Below, piece by piece: positions 10,914-25,900 of a DNA stretch of 64,000 bases. Each line of letters opens with the position of its first letter. Position 1 is the stretch's first letter. A program made the translations under genes and the position numbers. The notes under the pieces were generated by a model. It was not told where the DNA came from. It worked only from the letters and a program-made list of their open reading frames with translations, and searched no databases. This DNA comes from Tubiluchus corallicola (taxonomy: Eukaryota > Animalia > Priapulida), in the NCBI GenBank assembly GCA_030141605.1, contig JAQGDQ010000662.1, positions 52,881 through 116,880 of the forward strand, in the 5' to 3' direction.

Positions 10914-13900
10914 GTAAGTGTCCTAATCACTCACATTTTCTCGTTTGTTTCTAAAAGGCTACCATTTTTTCTCTGCGTCACTTGGAATAAAAACACTCGG
11001 AATATATTTGAATACGTCTTAGCTTCTTATTATTGTGTCCATTTTTTATAAAACACAATGTGCTTTATTAAATGAAAATTATTTTTACGCATGTTTAAAT
11101 ATTAGGTTCCAGAATTTAAAAAGTTGAATTCTTACTCATCAAAAAAATGAATTATTTCTTTTATAACTAATAGGGAATTAATTTAATTTTTTCTTTTGAA
11201 GTGTTTTGAAAAGTCTGTAATGTTAATTTGTACATAATTGCTATAGACGCATTGTTTATTAGTTTCCTTAGTGACTTTTTCGTACTATATGGTAATAAAT
11301 AGTATTGAGAATTAGTCTCATTTCTGTCATCAATCAGCGACATATAAGAATGATCAGTGATCTAGTGTTGCATCAGTATGAAATTAGACTTTAAGCTTTT
11401 TGACTGCTGTCTTTATTTCTTATATAGTTTTACCTCTAACTGATGCTGTAGGTTTTTTTGTCTTACTGCATTTATGAGCAGAAACAAGTTTTGAAGTGTG
11501 AGAAATCTTTACTCTTACTGTATTAATTTATAATCAAGCGCTTAACCAAACGTCACGGTCGGCTGACTATAGATAAAATTCATTATTCTGAACAACGCTA
11601 ATAGTAAATGTGTGATTTGCTTCCCTGCAGGTTCAGCTTATGGTACAATGAAAACAGCTTGGAATAGCATGTTACGTGAAGCGGAACAGCAACATGATTT
11701 ACACATAGAGCGTAAAGACAGACTCACCGACCAGGTAATAGCACTTCTGAGACACTTTTCTTAAAACTGTTTTACCTTTTGTTATAAATGTTTCAGTGCA
11801 AATGCACTTAGTGAACTGAGCAATAAATTATTAAACTAAAGATTAATCTTGACTCTGAATCAATTATAAGAAAATAATATGATGAGCTAGTATTTAATAT
11901 GAGTGACCTAATTAATAATACTTCGAAGTGTTTACATAGTTGATTTTGGGAAAAATAGATAAGGCCTGCCTGCACTTGATTGTAAATTGGTGATGTCTAG
12001 TGGTCACGGAGTTAGCTTGTAACCAAAAGGATCTTGGTTGAAATTCAGTCTTTGTATATTTTTGGGAAATGTGCCAAACATACAAACTTTATACCATTTT
12101 GTAAATCTTTTCCAGTCCTACAAATCCCATTATAGTTTTGTTTATAATGATACTTGCTAGCTCTGTACACGCCTAGTCTAAATTAAAGGCAAAAATTCAA
12201 ATTTGTGAAAACTGGTTCATGTTTAACAAAATACCCTGCACACAGCTTTGAAGTTTTCGGCTAATTTTTCTGCTGCACTTAAACCACTAATATAGTACCT
12301 ACTTACAAAAAAATAAATAGTGTAATATGCATTATGTAGAATTTGATTACAAGCTGCATTTTTCTAGATTAAACGAGAAATGATCCATTTTGGGCATAAT
12401 GCAAAAATAGTGACACTTTTTATGCAAAATTACACATTATGCAAAAATAATTATGACTTTCCACTCATATTGCTGCTACAGAGGAAATACTTTTGCCTTA
12501 CTTGTTTGACCAATGATTAGACAAACCTTGTTATGCGATTTTACAACTTGTCCACATTACTTATAGTGAAATACTGAATCTACAGGCTTTCTTAGATATG
12601 TCTCTGTTACTTGTTTACTTAAGATGGCATATGTAGTCTGATTGAATGTTGATAATTTCATAAAACTAGCTGACAGAAACTTAAAGCAAAAGAACTCTTC
12701 ATAAATAAACTTTAAAGAACCTTGAAATTATTGCATATGGAGCTTGCATTATCAGTAACGCTGTATAAAAGTTCTAATTTTAAATTCTGTGTGACTGCTA
12801 AGTACAGCCATGTTAACGACAAGTCGTTTAAAAGAAGATTAGATAACATTTTGAAGAGTTTGAAAAGATAATCGGAGCTTTAGTGGCACAGTCTTCACTG
12901 ACTAAGCAAAAGTTGAAATTACATATGTTGTCAATAAGATCAGTAATATATTTTTTGGTGAGCCAGTGGGATGGCGATGCAGTGCCATTCTACCTGTTGG
13001 CAAGAATATTTTAAATTATTAAGAAATTTTTTTTGTAGTTACATAAATATTTCAAACAAGTAATGCATAAGTAATATAACTTTGTATAGTAAATTTTGGG
13101 ATATACTTTAAAATTCCCTTTTCTTTCCTTTAATAATTTCAAACAGAAGCAGTTAGTTTCCTTTTTTCACTCAGCTGGTATCAATCATCAAATCCTGGCT
13201 GAAAGACAACTACCAGAAGCAGACGATTCCGAAGCCATTCCTCACCAAACAAGCCAAGGAGATGGACGAAAATTTTAAACGGGTTAGTGAATCCTGTTTC
13301 ATGGATTGTGTGCGAGCTACTAAACAGCTAAATGCTGCTGTTTTGTTAAAAAAATTACTGGAAACAAACAAGCGTATAAAATTTAAACATGGCTGCTGAG
13401 AAAAATCAAAAATCAATAATCCCATAACTGTGAAGAGAAATAAATACAGATGTGCAACTTCTCTGCTGAATTTCATGGTGTTCATGTTTCAATGTGTTGC
13501 GGAGGTTTGGAGGAAGCGACTGCAGTGCTTTTTCGTATATTTCAACAACAATACTTGTAGTAACGTTTAGTTTTCAAACAATTCTGTATAAGAAAATATC
13601 CAACGTCTTGTAGAAAAGCCTCTGTGGCTTCACTGTACACGAATTTTATCAAATTTATCAGTTACCTAGCAATGGATATGTGTGAATAACACAGAACAGG
13701 AAATTGCTAATGCACTATCTACACAACTACTAGCCTGTCATGAAACTAAAATCTAAAGACAGTAGATTTGCATTACTGTTAGCTTTTGGAGGGGAACAAA
13801 TTAAATGGGCTATTGTCATTAACTGGGGTTAAAGGAAAACCAATTTTAAACTACATCTTAAAACAACAACCAAATCTCAAAAATATTGAAATGGAACACA

Positions 13901-16900
13901 TTGCTTTTTAAATGTGATTTACTTGAAAGAATTATTACCACAGAAACCTAATTTCATGTTTGTGTGGCTAGTTCTGTGGTGTTTCACGCATTTCACCATT
14001 AGATAGTTAGATGGGCACTAGCGCCAGTATCTCGGAAACATGATGCCCAAGAAACTAGTTCTTTACCTCAATAGTTCATATGTTGTTCATTTGGGACGTA
14101 GTGCAGATGTTCAACAGCTTGCGCGTGAATACAGCGGTAACTTGAAATTCAAATTTTAAACTTAAAATTTGCAGAGTTTCTGTATATCACTCTGAATAAT
14201 GTGCACTAGTGCACTGGAATATTTATGTTATTGAATATTATGTTCAGTTGTGACATCATCAGTAGTTGTGTTCGTCGGCTGTTAATTAATTTTTTGAACT
14301 ATTACTTAATTATCAGAAACACTATGGCATTATTATAGGCTTATAATGTGTACTTTTTACCGTCCTTTAAGATGGGGTAGGATGTGAAAAATCATCCTGT
14401 TTTCCTTTAAGCAAGGACTTGCTGTTTTGCAGGCTCAAAAGCAATGGGCGAAACTGTATGATAAAGTCAGTACAACTAAGAAGCAATACTACACTTCTTG
14501 TCAGAAGGAACAGATGGCGCTCACGGCAGAGAAAAATGCTAAAGTTGATCAGGGTAAAAGTCAAGATGAGGTAAGACATGGTTGTGGGGGGGGGGGGGGG
14601 GTGCTACGTGTATTTGGTAAACTAGTAGGCTTTGTGTGCTATTAGAATCATCCAAAAAATACAGTGTTCCCTCACTTATTGCGGGTGTTCCATTCCATGC
14701 CCACCCTCGATAAGTGAATTTCCGCGAAGTAGGGACGCTATACTTACTTTAGTAGTTATACATTATTTTATCTCCTTATAAACCCTCCCCACGCTCTTAT
14801 ACATGACCCTTTCCCATTCCCTTAATAACTTTTCCTATACTGTACATGTACCTTTTAAAAAACTTTACTTAAATGTTCAATTGTCTGTTGTCTACAATCT
14901 CACGTTGGCAAGTAGCATCTCAAGCGGGCAGAAGTACTGCATTTCATTTTTGGTATGTATTCATCCACCGAATAAATACTCTATTTACTGCAAATGGTAA
15001 TTTTTTATGATTTATAATATTCTTTTAATGTTAGAGTTAATGTTTTTAATATATTTTTATACAATTTGTGATTTTTTATGCAAAATTCATCAAACCTATA
15101 CATTACTGTACAATACGTGCTACGCATGTGCAAAAATACTTTAGCTGAGTACCGCAAAAACCCGCGAAACAACGAAAATACCGCGATAAATGTTTTCCAT
15201 TAATATTTTTGAAAACCTACGAAACAGCGAGTCCGCGATAAACGAACCGCGAAGTAGCGAGGGAACACTGTACTCTCTTGTATTAGTAAAAGTTGAATTT
15301 GTATTGGATCTAATACTTTTGATTTCGGAGTGAGTGTTAAAATTTCAAATTTGATTGAGTTAAAATGTAAATAAAAACAAATGTTTTATCAAATTCACTT
15401 ATGAGAAATTGAAAGATTTATTTTGTATTTTGATTTATTAAGTATAATTTTTTCTGTGTCTATCTTAGCAGGGCCAGAATTTCGACTCAAATCCCAGTAT
15501 CCATTTGTCTAAACATTTGCATTAATGCCTTATACAATGCAGCTTTTACCTGAATGTTAAAAAAATGAAAAAATGCTGTCACTAATCTCGATTTTTTGCT
15601 TTTTTTGCTTTTTGCTATTTATGGCATTTATTTCTTATAATAAAACATTTTAATTGACATTCAATCTTCGCTGTTTTAATTATTATAAGTCATCATACTT
15701 GAAATATGTAATATGACTTCAATTCTCTGAATGTTCGTAAAAAGTCATGGCGAGAATCTGCTTAGATTCGGCAAAAAATCGCAAAATTCTGGCCCTGCAG
15801 TTAGTTGATATTGCGATGTTATTCTTAGTTTTATAGGTTTTGGTTTTTACATTTATTTTGTAGTTCACCTTTAGTTTTCGTACTTTATACAGAGATTGAA
15901 ATTGAAAGATAAGATTGACAAGGCAACCGATGATAAAACTAAAACTAAGGAAAAGTACGAACATGCACTCAAGGAGATAACCAACTACAATGCCAAGTAC
16001 ATTGACGACATGCAACTGGTACGTATGATCCTACCGGCTTTTGCTGCTCAGCGTATGATGGCATTACCGTAACGTACAGTTATAATTAGCGAAAAAGCGA
16101 ATATAATGGCTTTGCTGTCGGAAAGCTGCTCTTTCGTGCTGACATTGATTGAGTTTAACGAATATTATAATTGAAACATCACAAATGTGGATTAATGTTT
16201 AATTACAGGACGGTTTATTACATAATTATCGATTTAAACACATTCAACGTCACTTCAGATTTCAAACCACAATATAATAACCAGGCGGTACAGTCTGTTA
16301 TTGTAGCAACTAACAATCTCATAAAGTCGTATAATATCTCCTCGTTTTAGCAGATGACCATGTGAGTCATCTGCTCAACAATGGAACAATGCCTAGTTGC
16401 CGAAAGAGAGGCAGCACCGTTCAGTATAGGAATCTATTCAATTGGGCAGTTAGAGAGAGTCTTGTCTGGTTCCCTCCATTTCTGTTTTTGAACTATTAGT
16501 TGATAATTAGGCCATGATGAATATTTAGAGTAAGTTTATTAAGGCCGCTCATTAAAACTTCAGTTTGACATCCCGGTAGTCACATTTCCACGTTAAATTC
16601 TTTCGGAAGTTCTGCAGTACGACAAAATTTAATAGTATTATAGCTTGTGCAATAAATAAAACATTCTTACGGTACACTTATAATATATCTATAAATTCTA
16701 AATCTACATACGAAATTCCCCAAAATGCCATTAGCCTCTAAATAAAACATCTGAGCTGACCATTCTGTACCCTAGCTATTGAAATATGGTAACTGCTCCA
16801 GTTGGCATTTGTTAAATAAACTGGCTGTAGAATGCTTACAATTTCAATAATTCTAGTATCGTTTTAATTTGACTGTTAAAACCTCATTAAAAGCAGTTTA

Positions 16901-19900
16901 TTGCCATACAGTGCAGAAGGATTTTTACAATTTTTTTGTCGCTAAATAGACAGCTAAAGTAAAATATCCTAAATTTAACTATTTTGCCAATGTGCATGAC
17001 TGGAGATGATTTCTGCTTTATATAAATTGATTTTTTATAGCAAATCCTACAAGTAAAGTAGTTATAACAGGCAATGTTTTTTAACTCGCCCCTAGATAGC
17101 AGACACGAAAATCACTCGGTCACCATAGCAATGCGCTTTACCAAATGTTCAGTCTGTTCCGTATTGGTACAAGCTAAAGCATGATAATGAGCTTAGTGAG
17201 TTGCGTGTTGTGAACGCCATGGCAACCTATTGTTCTAGCTTGACTTGCTGCTGCATGAAATTTTTTCACAGATTTTTTACAAATATCATCAGAACACAAA
17301 AGGTGTATGTTCAACATTTACATAAATATCGTATTCCAGTTGGATATTTTGTTAGCTGTTGGAAGATGTTTTCTGTTTTTGTTCAAATATTCAGATTTAA
17401 CGGTATGAGAAATGGTTCATTTACTGTACAAAACAGCAAAAAAACACTTTACAAATTTTCTCAGAGTGCGCAAAGCCCAAAAAGGATCTTGGCGTAAAAA
17501 TGTGATTATCCCAAATCTTAGAACTCCTCTTGACAGATCTGGTGACCGTTTTTTACCTGCAATTACTCATTGTAGCATAGTTAACGAATGTTGTGTAAAA
17601 TGTGAAATTTCTCAATTGGCAGTAACTTAATCAGGTGTAACAATGAAACTTTTAATTGCACTATTTACGGTCGCATGTCTTTACAGATTTGTGCCCATTT
17701 GTGGTTATTCATGGCTAATCTGTTGTTAAATCCTGGTTTTCATAAAGGCTGCCGCTAGGGTTTTCGAAATACTGACATTCTTGTCATAGCAACTGCTGTT
17801 TTCTGCTTTTTTTATTTCACGAATAGATGTTTCGTAGAGATATCAATCTTCATAGTGTGCTCGCTTATAAATTCTCACAATATCTTTTTGTTTCAGGTGT
17901 TTGATAGTTGCCAATCTATGGAACAAAAACGACTAAATTTTTTCAAAGAAAGTTTATTTGGCTTGCATCGATCTCTCTACATTTATGAAGACCCACGGTA
18001 ACTGCACGTTAAAATAACTTGATAAACCATCATCTTAAATATAAGCTGTCGGTTGCCTCAGTTAAAGATACAGATGACTACACTTATTGTGTTAGTGCTG
18101 AATTGAAATGCAGAAGATTCCCGTACATGTTAGTGTTGTTAAACGATAATTATCTGTACAGATCTCGTATTGATTGAATCGATACGGAAAATAACCTAGT
18201 ATCATTATCGTTTCGTGCTGCCCTAAGAAGATTGTTATAATGTTGATACCAGTCAAGAGGCATGACACCTAAATCGCCCCCTAAACGAAGTCCGTCTAGA
18301 ATGCTTATTTTTGCAGACAGACTTCGTATTGACTAAGTGAAGAGATAGTATGTAAAATAAACAGTATTACTGAAAAACCGGGAAAAAATAATTTTTAAAT
18401 TTCTGCAAGACAAATGGTTACTCAGTATAGTCTTTCACTACTCAGTTTGTTCGAAAAATACATTGATTTTTTAAAGAAGTTAAGAATGCATTGTGTCTTG
18501 TCGTATCGCGAAAGAATTCTGGCATCGATATCGTATAGAAGGAAAAAGTATAATATATCTATTAATATCGATTAACAACACTAATATATATAATATGTAT
18601 GTGTGTGTGTTTATTTGCATGAGAGTGTGTGCATGTGTGTTATTAACAACAATGATAATTGTTATTTATCTGATTTGACTCTGTTTTAACGTGCGATGAC
18701 GATTTTTTCATTTGTATTCCCATAGTATTAAAATTTTGGTTTTGTAAACTTAAGATAGCATTCGTTTGTTTATAAGGAATTTTTATTTTGAAATTTAGAA
18801 TTAAGATTTATAATTTGCTGTACCTGTTTCTACTGATTTGACTTTCAAGCTAGTAATGCATCAATTACGTGTCGAAATTCCTCTCACTGATTTATGAGTC
18901 TTGTTTTGGCATGTCATTTACTGGCAGAGACAGTTACTAAAATGTCATACAACTGGCTGTGAACTCTTGCAAAATATGTGTAGTTTTTGCTTCTTTTAAA
19001 AAATTCTGCTATATTTTCCAGGTTAAAGCAAATTTATCTGGATTTGTACGCAAACGTAGAAAGTTCCGACGGCAATTTAGATTTGAAGTATTGGTCGGAT
19101 AACTACGGAATAGGGATGGCTATGTACTGGCCGTCTTTTGAGGTGAGTATTCGAAAAAACATGTTGAAACACGTTTACTGAACAACACTTTTTTTCATTT
19201 TTTATAATTACCCCAAGGAAATGAGCGGCTGTATAGTTATCAGTCCTGTCTGTTCGTCTATCTGTTGCCACTTTTTCTGAGCTTGCAGGTAATCTAGGAA
19301 ATCGTTACTTGGCATACAGATAAGGCATGGTTCAGACTTGGAGGTTCTTTATTTTTGGTCCAACTGGTCCAAAATCTTCATATAATAACTATATGCTGCT
19401 AGGTGCGTATGCTGAGTGCTGAGGTAGTCGGTCGATCAATAAACTCCAGTGACAGTTAAATGAATGATTCATTAGCAAAGGCTTCAGGTAACAATAATCA
19501 GTAACACATGTTTTAAATTGGCACAAAATGACCGTGGCCGTGCTTTCGAGTTCTTTCTGTATTAGGATCTGTTATGACGATTGTTGTTTGTCCAAATATT
19601 TGGAATAATTTTAAGTGAAAACTGTGTGTCAATGCAGAAAATCCATTTTTTGTGGTTGTCTGTATGTGCGTTGATTAGGGGTGAGCATTCTCTACCAGAA
19701 AGCGAATTCGAATCGAATCAAATTTGTGTCTTTCGAATTTGAATGGAACCAAACTTCAGTATTTCGAACTCGAATCGAATTTGAATTGAGATTGAAAGAT
19801 TTTTGAACAAGTTTTCGAACCACCAGTAAAAATTAGTCGTACAAAGATCATGCATATTATTCGATTTTGTTCTGCAGTAAAACCACTAATAATTTGTTTA

Positions 19901-22900
19901 AAATTGTGTACAGAAATCACAGCTAAATTATGCTAATTGCATGATGTTTCAGTCATTTTAATGATTAAGAACATTTTTGATTGAAGTGCTGAATTATTCA
20001 ATTCTATAATTTTAGGTTCGAATTGAGTTCGAACTAAAAAAAACTCGTTCGAATTCGATTCGAACATTCGAACTGGTCACCCTTAGCGTGACCTCATTTT
20101 CATCGGGCAACTATGTTTCTCTACTGAGCAGAGGCATAGTAAAGGGAGGTAACAGGGAGAGAGTGAACGGGCGCAAACATCTGGTACAAAGCAAATAATT
20201 GAATGGGGGGGGGGAGTTTTGAGCGTCTCATTTATACAGAAAGACTTCAAGCTTGTGCGAAAATTACTCGCTGTAATTATAATGAACTTGTAAATAGTGT
20301 TCTGTTCTTGAACTTGTAAATAGTAAATATCTGCATTTTGAGTTTCAGACTTTGCAATGTTAATGTTTTTCATGTGCATTTTGAATAGCAATCTAGATAT
20401 GAATGACAGTATGGTTCATTCATTAACAATTTTACCATGAAAATAATTGTCAACACTTGCTTAAGCAAAGACCTGGGTTTTTATTTCAAGACAATGATCA
20501 TCTCAAGATTCATTTCTCATCCAAAGAATTTGATTTCCCCGCGTTTCATTTTAAAGGGAAGAAAAAGGAATCTTAAAGTGTACAATCATCTTCTGAAGAT
20601 TCAATTCTCATCCTAAGAATGTGATTTCCCCGCGTTTCATTTTAAAGGGAAGAAAAAGGAATCTTAAAGTGTACAATCATCTTCTGAAGATTCAATTCTC
20701 ATCCTAAGAATTTGATTTCCCCGCGTTTCATTTTAAAGGGAAGAAAAAGGAATCTTAAAGTATACAATCATCTTCTGAAGATTTAATTCTCATCCTAAGA
20801 ATTTGATTTCCTCCATGTTTCATTTTAAAGAGAACAAAAAGGAATCATAAAGTATACAATCATAATCACTAGATTCATTTCTCGTCCCAAAAATTTGATT
20901 TCCTCCACGTTTCATTTTAAAGAGAAGAAAAAGAAATCTTAATTAAAGTATACAATCATCATCTCTAGATTCATTTCTCATCCCAAGAATTTGATTTCCT
21001 CCACGTTTCGTATTAAAGAGAAGAAAAAGGAATCTTAATTAAAGTATACAATCATAATCTCTAGATTCATTTCTCATCCCAAGAATTTGATTTCCTCCAT
21101 GTTTTATATTAAAGAGAAGATATAGGAATCTTAAAGTATACAATCATCATCTCCAGCTTCATTTCTCATCCCAAGAATTTGATTTCCTCCATGTTTCATA
21201 TTAAAGAGAAGAAAAAGGAATCTTAAAGTATACAATCATCATCTCAAGATTCAATTCTCATCCCAAGAATTAGATTTCCTCCACGTTTCGTATTAAAGAG
21301 AAGAAAAAGGAATCTTAATTAAAGTATACAATCATAATCTCTAGATTCATTTCTCATCCCAAGAATTTGATTTCCTCCATGTTTTATATTAAAGAGAAGA
21401 AAAAGGAATCTTAAAGTATACAATCATCATTTCAAGATTCACTTCTCATCTCAAGAATTTGATTTCCTCCATGTTTCATTTGAAAAGGAAGAAAAAGGAA
21501 TCTTAAAGTATATGCTTGAAGTATACCAAAGAACTTTTCATACAAAGTTATATTACTTAGCATTATGCTTATCTGTTTGAAAAACGTGTGTAAAACTAGA
21601 AAAGTTTTTAATAACCTCTTCACTGCCATGCAATTTGTATTCTAGCTGGCACTTGTGAACATTTTAGGAAAATGAAAATGTGCTACTGCTACTGTCACTG
21701 CCATGTTGTTATTAGTACAGCTGCTTCTATATCACAACCACTTCTACCATTTCGACTGTCACTGCTGCAGTTGCTGCCATTATATCTGTTGTACCCCTAC
21801 ATCCGTCACACTGTCACCGAAACAAACCACAACTTTTTTTGTAAAACACATGAGCGCAGCGGCTCACACGTCATGTCATTTGGCCTCATAGCCATTCTAG
21901 TGTAGAAGAAATAAAGTCATAGACAGGCCTATAGCTATAGTTTTTAGCTTGCATGCACATAATTTATCAACCATACAATGTTGAATCAGCCATATCAAAT
22001 TATATATATGAATTGGCTTGACTTACCATCATCTGATAAATTAAAATCTTTGTGCCAGCTGATAGAGCGTCACTACATCGCAATAGCAAATGTGCATCAC
22101 CGATTCACAAAAAAAACGCATTATTGATATTACTGAGAATACAAAGTGGTTCATATTTTAGTTGGTTAGTGAAGACTGTGCTACGAATGTTCTGATTATT
22201 TTTTGGGACGTTATCTAAACTTGTTTCAAATGTCTTACGGTTAAAATAACTGCGCCTTACGGTCATCGCAGAGTTCGGATTTACAAATAAAAGTCTTACA
22301 GAGCATTGCTGCTAGTACAAGCTCTGTGCACTCTAAGACAACATTGGATGCACAATTTTAAGACAAGTTTTTCAAGCTTTATTTTTTAAGACTGTTATCT
22401 TGTGCTTTACGAATTTGATATTCACATCACCAAACATTTTTTGCAGGAGTTCAAATTTACAAATAAAAGTCTTATAGAGCATTGCTGCTAGTACAAGCTC
22501 TGTGCACTGTAAGACAACATGCAAGAGATGCACAATTTTAAGACAAGTTTTTCAAGCTTTATTTTTTAATACTGTTATCTTGTGCTTTACGAATCTGATA
22601 TCCCCATCACCAAACAATTTTGTGTTCATTTTTGCTTGACTGTTCATTCCCCACTTGTATTCTCAAACCGGTTTTTAGTGGTCAGAATTTGAGATATTCA
22701 ATCAGTATGAACTTCTTTTCACTCCAGGCTTAATCTCAGAAATTTTGTAGTTACTTTTACTTGGTGTATTATACTTCTTTCTTAAATGGTCCTGATATTT
22801 ATCGAAACAGTTAACTATTCTTAAAACCCCCTGCTCAAGTATACGAGTGGATCTGCCATCTAGCGTGTGGTTGTGAAAACAAAAATATTTGGCTTTCACA

Positions 22901-25900
22901 CATGTTAATAATATATCTTGACTCATAACTGGGCCGGTCCCGACTGTGTATGTTTTCAGCAAGACTGCAAGTATGTCACTGTGTGAGTCAAGTTGGCAGA
23001 CCGTTTTTTCGGTTTATTTTAAGTGTTTTTCCAGTCTCCTGATGCTTGAATGTTATGTTGAAGTTGTGCAACCATCGACTGCAGCAGAGTTGTGTTATTT
23101 GAGCTCTGAAATTATGGTGCAATAAACGTTATGCCTATTTGACATCCACACATTGGTAAAACAGTGCATACTACGCTTTGTACAGAAGAATTGTTTGTTG
23201 GCAATGCCGTTTGTTAAAAGTACTAAAGGGATTATAGCATCTAGTGAAGGATGCTCTGTGAAGTTGAGATGTATGACCGAAGACGGACGTTTGTATCGAC
23301 ATCCTAACGTAAATGCCTTTCTACTAGTGTTATTTATCAGAGTGTTTTACTCATACGGGATCATTCTAAGGATTTTTTTAGAAATGTATTTAGAAGATGC
23401 ATTTATGATTACTATAGCATTAATCATGCTAACGTAAACACTGTAACATTAATCGTGATGAAGTAAAACATGGTAGCATTAATCATGCTAAAGTAAACAC
23501 TAACATTAATCGTGATGAAGTAAAACACGGTAGCATTAATCATGCTAAAGTAAACACTGCAACATTAATCGTGATGAAGTAAAACATGATAGCATTATCC
23601 ATGCTAAAGTAAACACTGTTGCATTAATCATGCTGAAATAAAACATGGTAGCATTAATCATGCTAAAGTAAACACTGTTGCATTAATCATGCTGAAGTAA
23701 AACATGGTAGCATTAACCATGCTAAACTAAACACTGTTGCATTAATCATGCTGAAGTAAAATATGGAAGCATTAATCATGCTAAAGTAAATACTTAAACA
23801 TAAATCAAACTGAAGTAAATGCTGCAGCATTAATCCTGCTGGAATAAATGATGTAACACTAAGCATGCTAAGACTTAGTTAATGTGTATTATTGCCGGGC
23901 CTTTTTGGTATCATTGCATGTATAGTTTTTAACAGTCTCTCGTAAATCCAAATGAGCGGCTCATTTTACGTGTAATGTCTAATTAATAACGCTTTTATTT
24001 GTACGGTATTTGCGGTGAGACTTAAATGAAATAATAAAATCTGAAAATCTACTATCCAAAAATTTGTCTTTACTTTCAGGAGTACAATACAGACGCGACT
24101 GGCACCGTGTCGTCGAAGAAATACACGAAACTTGGTGCGAGCGGTGCTGTATCCGGCGGCACCACCGGTGAAACGGGAATGCTAACCGCCGAACAACCGA
24201 CATCAGAATCTGCTACGCCGGAAGCGTCGCCCAAACCAACCGATGGAAAAGCTGGAAGGTATGAATTACTTCGAACGTGGTATGAACCCGGGGAGTGAAT
24301 AGAGGAAATATAATGTTTCCTTTTTTGTTAAATGTGTATTGGATGAAATCTGTAGGAACTAAATCTTATTAAACTAATGATATTTTTTCAAAAAGGTCAA
24401 ATGTGATAATTTGCTTTCAGAGAACAAGTTACAAAAATAGCCAAGTTTATTTTACAAGTTACGCACTTTTTCAAACTTCATGTCATTTTTCACTGAGAAA
24501 AGATATTAATCTCATCTACGTTTGTGGACGAGTCACTTCATGTCTTTATGCTTCATATTTATCGTGTTAATCGTTTTCTTTTTTATCATAATTATTTCAT
24601 TTAGGGCGTAGTTTTGATTAAATGTTGTGTTTCTCTGGGGAAGGGAGGGGGAACTGGTTTCTTGCCTACTTTCACTTTCGTTTGCCTTGCTGATGAAATG
24701 ACATCAATCGTAAATGCTTAAATTTTCTTTTTAAACAGTTCTAGCAAACGCATTTCGCATCAGAAACGTAAGAAACGGTCGTCATAGCAATCTGTGTCAA
24801 CTTGACCAATGCCCAGTCTGCACTTTGTTAGAAACTGCAGTTACTGAACAATGTGTGCAGCAAGCTGCCTGTCACGAACACCATGGCAACCTATTGTTCC
24901 AGCTAAGCTGTGGTTTGCTGCTACCTGAAATTTTACACAATTTTTTTACAAATATTATTGTGCACAAAAAAATCCATTATCAACATTTACATTAATAACA
25001 CATTCCAGTTGGATATTTCTTTAGCTATTTGAAGATGTTAGCTGTTTTTGTTTAAGTAGGCAAATAATTTAATTATTTGAGAAAAATCTACCTTCATTTA
25101 CTGTACAAAATAGCATAAAAAAACTTAATAAATTAACTCAAAATGCACAAAGCCCAAGAAAAGATCTTGGCATGTGACCATTACAAGGACCCGTCTTAAT
25201 AGATCCAGTGGCTGTTTTTCCCTGCAAATACTCGGTGTAATAAAATTGATGAATATTGTGTGAAAGCTGAAATTTCTCAATGGCCTGAAAGTTAATCAGG
25301 TGCAACAGTGAAACTTGTAAATGAAGTTTTTTCAGTCGCATGCTCCAACGGAAAGCAAATAAGCCTTTTCACAGATTCATGATGATCGCAAAAAGGCCAA
25401 AGGTTAAGTGTACCAGACACCGCATTTGTGTACACTTGACAACGCCTCGCAGTCCATGCTATTGTAATAATAACAGTTTTAACAGCTAGCTAGCACCCTA
25501 CCTAGTTCATTTTTTCTTGTTCCCAAGCAAGACCGGTTAGTAAAACACTTTACGCACAGACTAAGTAAATAAAATCCACATAAGACAACTCACATTACTG
25601 AATTAACACGGCAGATGGCTTTACTTTACCCACACCTCACATGATGGTTGTAGTTAAGATGCATTGCTGTGGTACACTTAACCTTTTACCTACAGCAACT
25701 GCGCATGCGCACAACATAACTGCGAAAAGGCTTATTCACACCGAATCAAAATTTTGACTTTCAAACTCAAATCAAAGCAAATTTCAAGATTTAAAGCCTG
25801 AATTCAATTTTAGAGATTTTCCAACAGATTTAGCTAAATAGTAATGATTGCACAACGTTTTGAACATTTTATTGTTAAACTGTGTATGCAATTAAGGTAT

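Noticed and set aside
22702-22962. 86-aa minus-strand ORF
   Set aside because: No recognisable domain or exon structure; probably repeat-derived intronic sequence.
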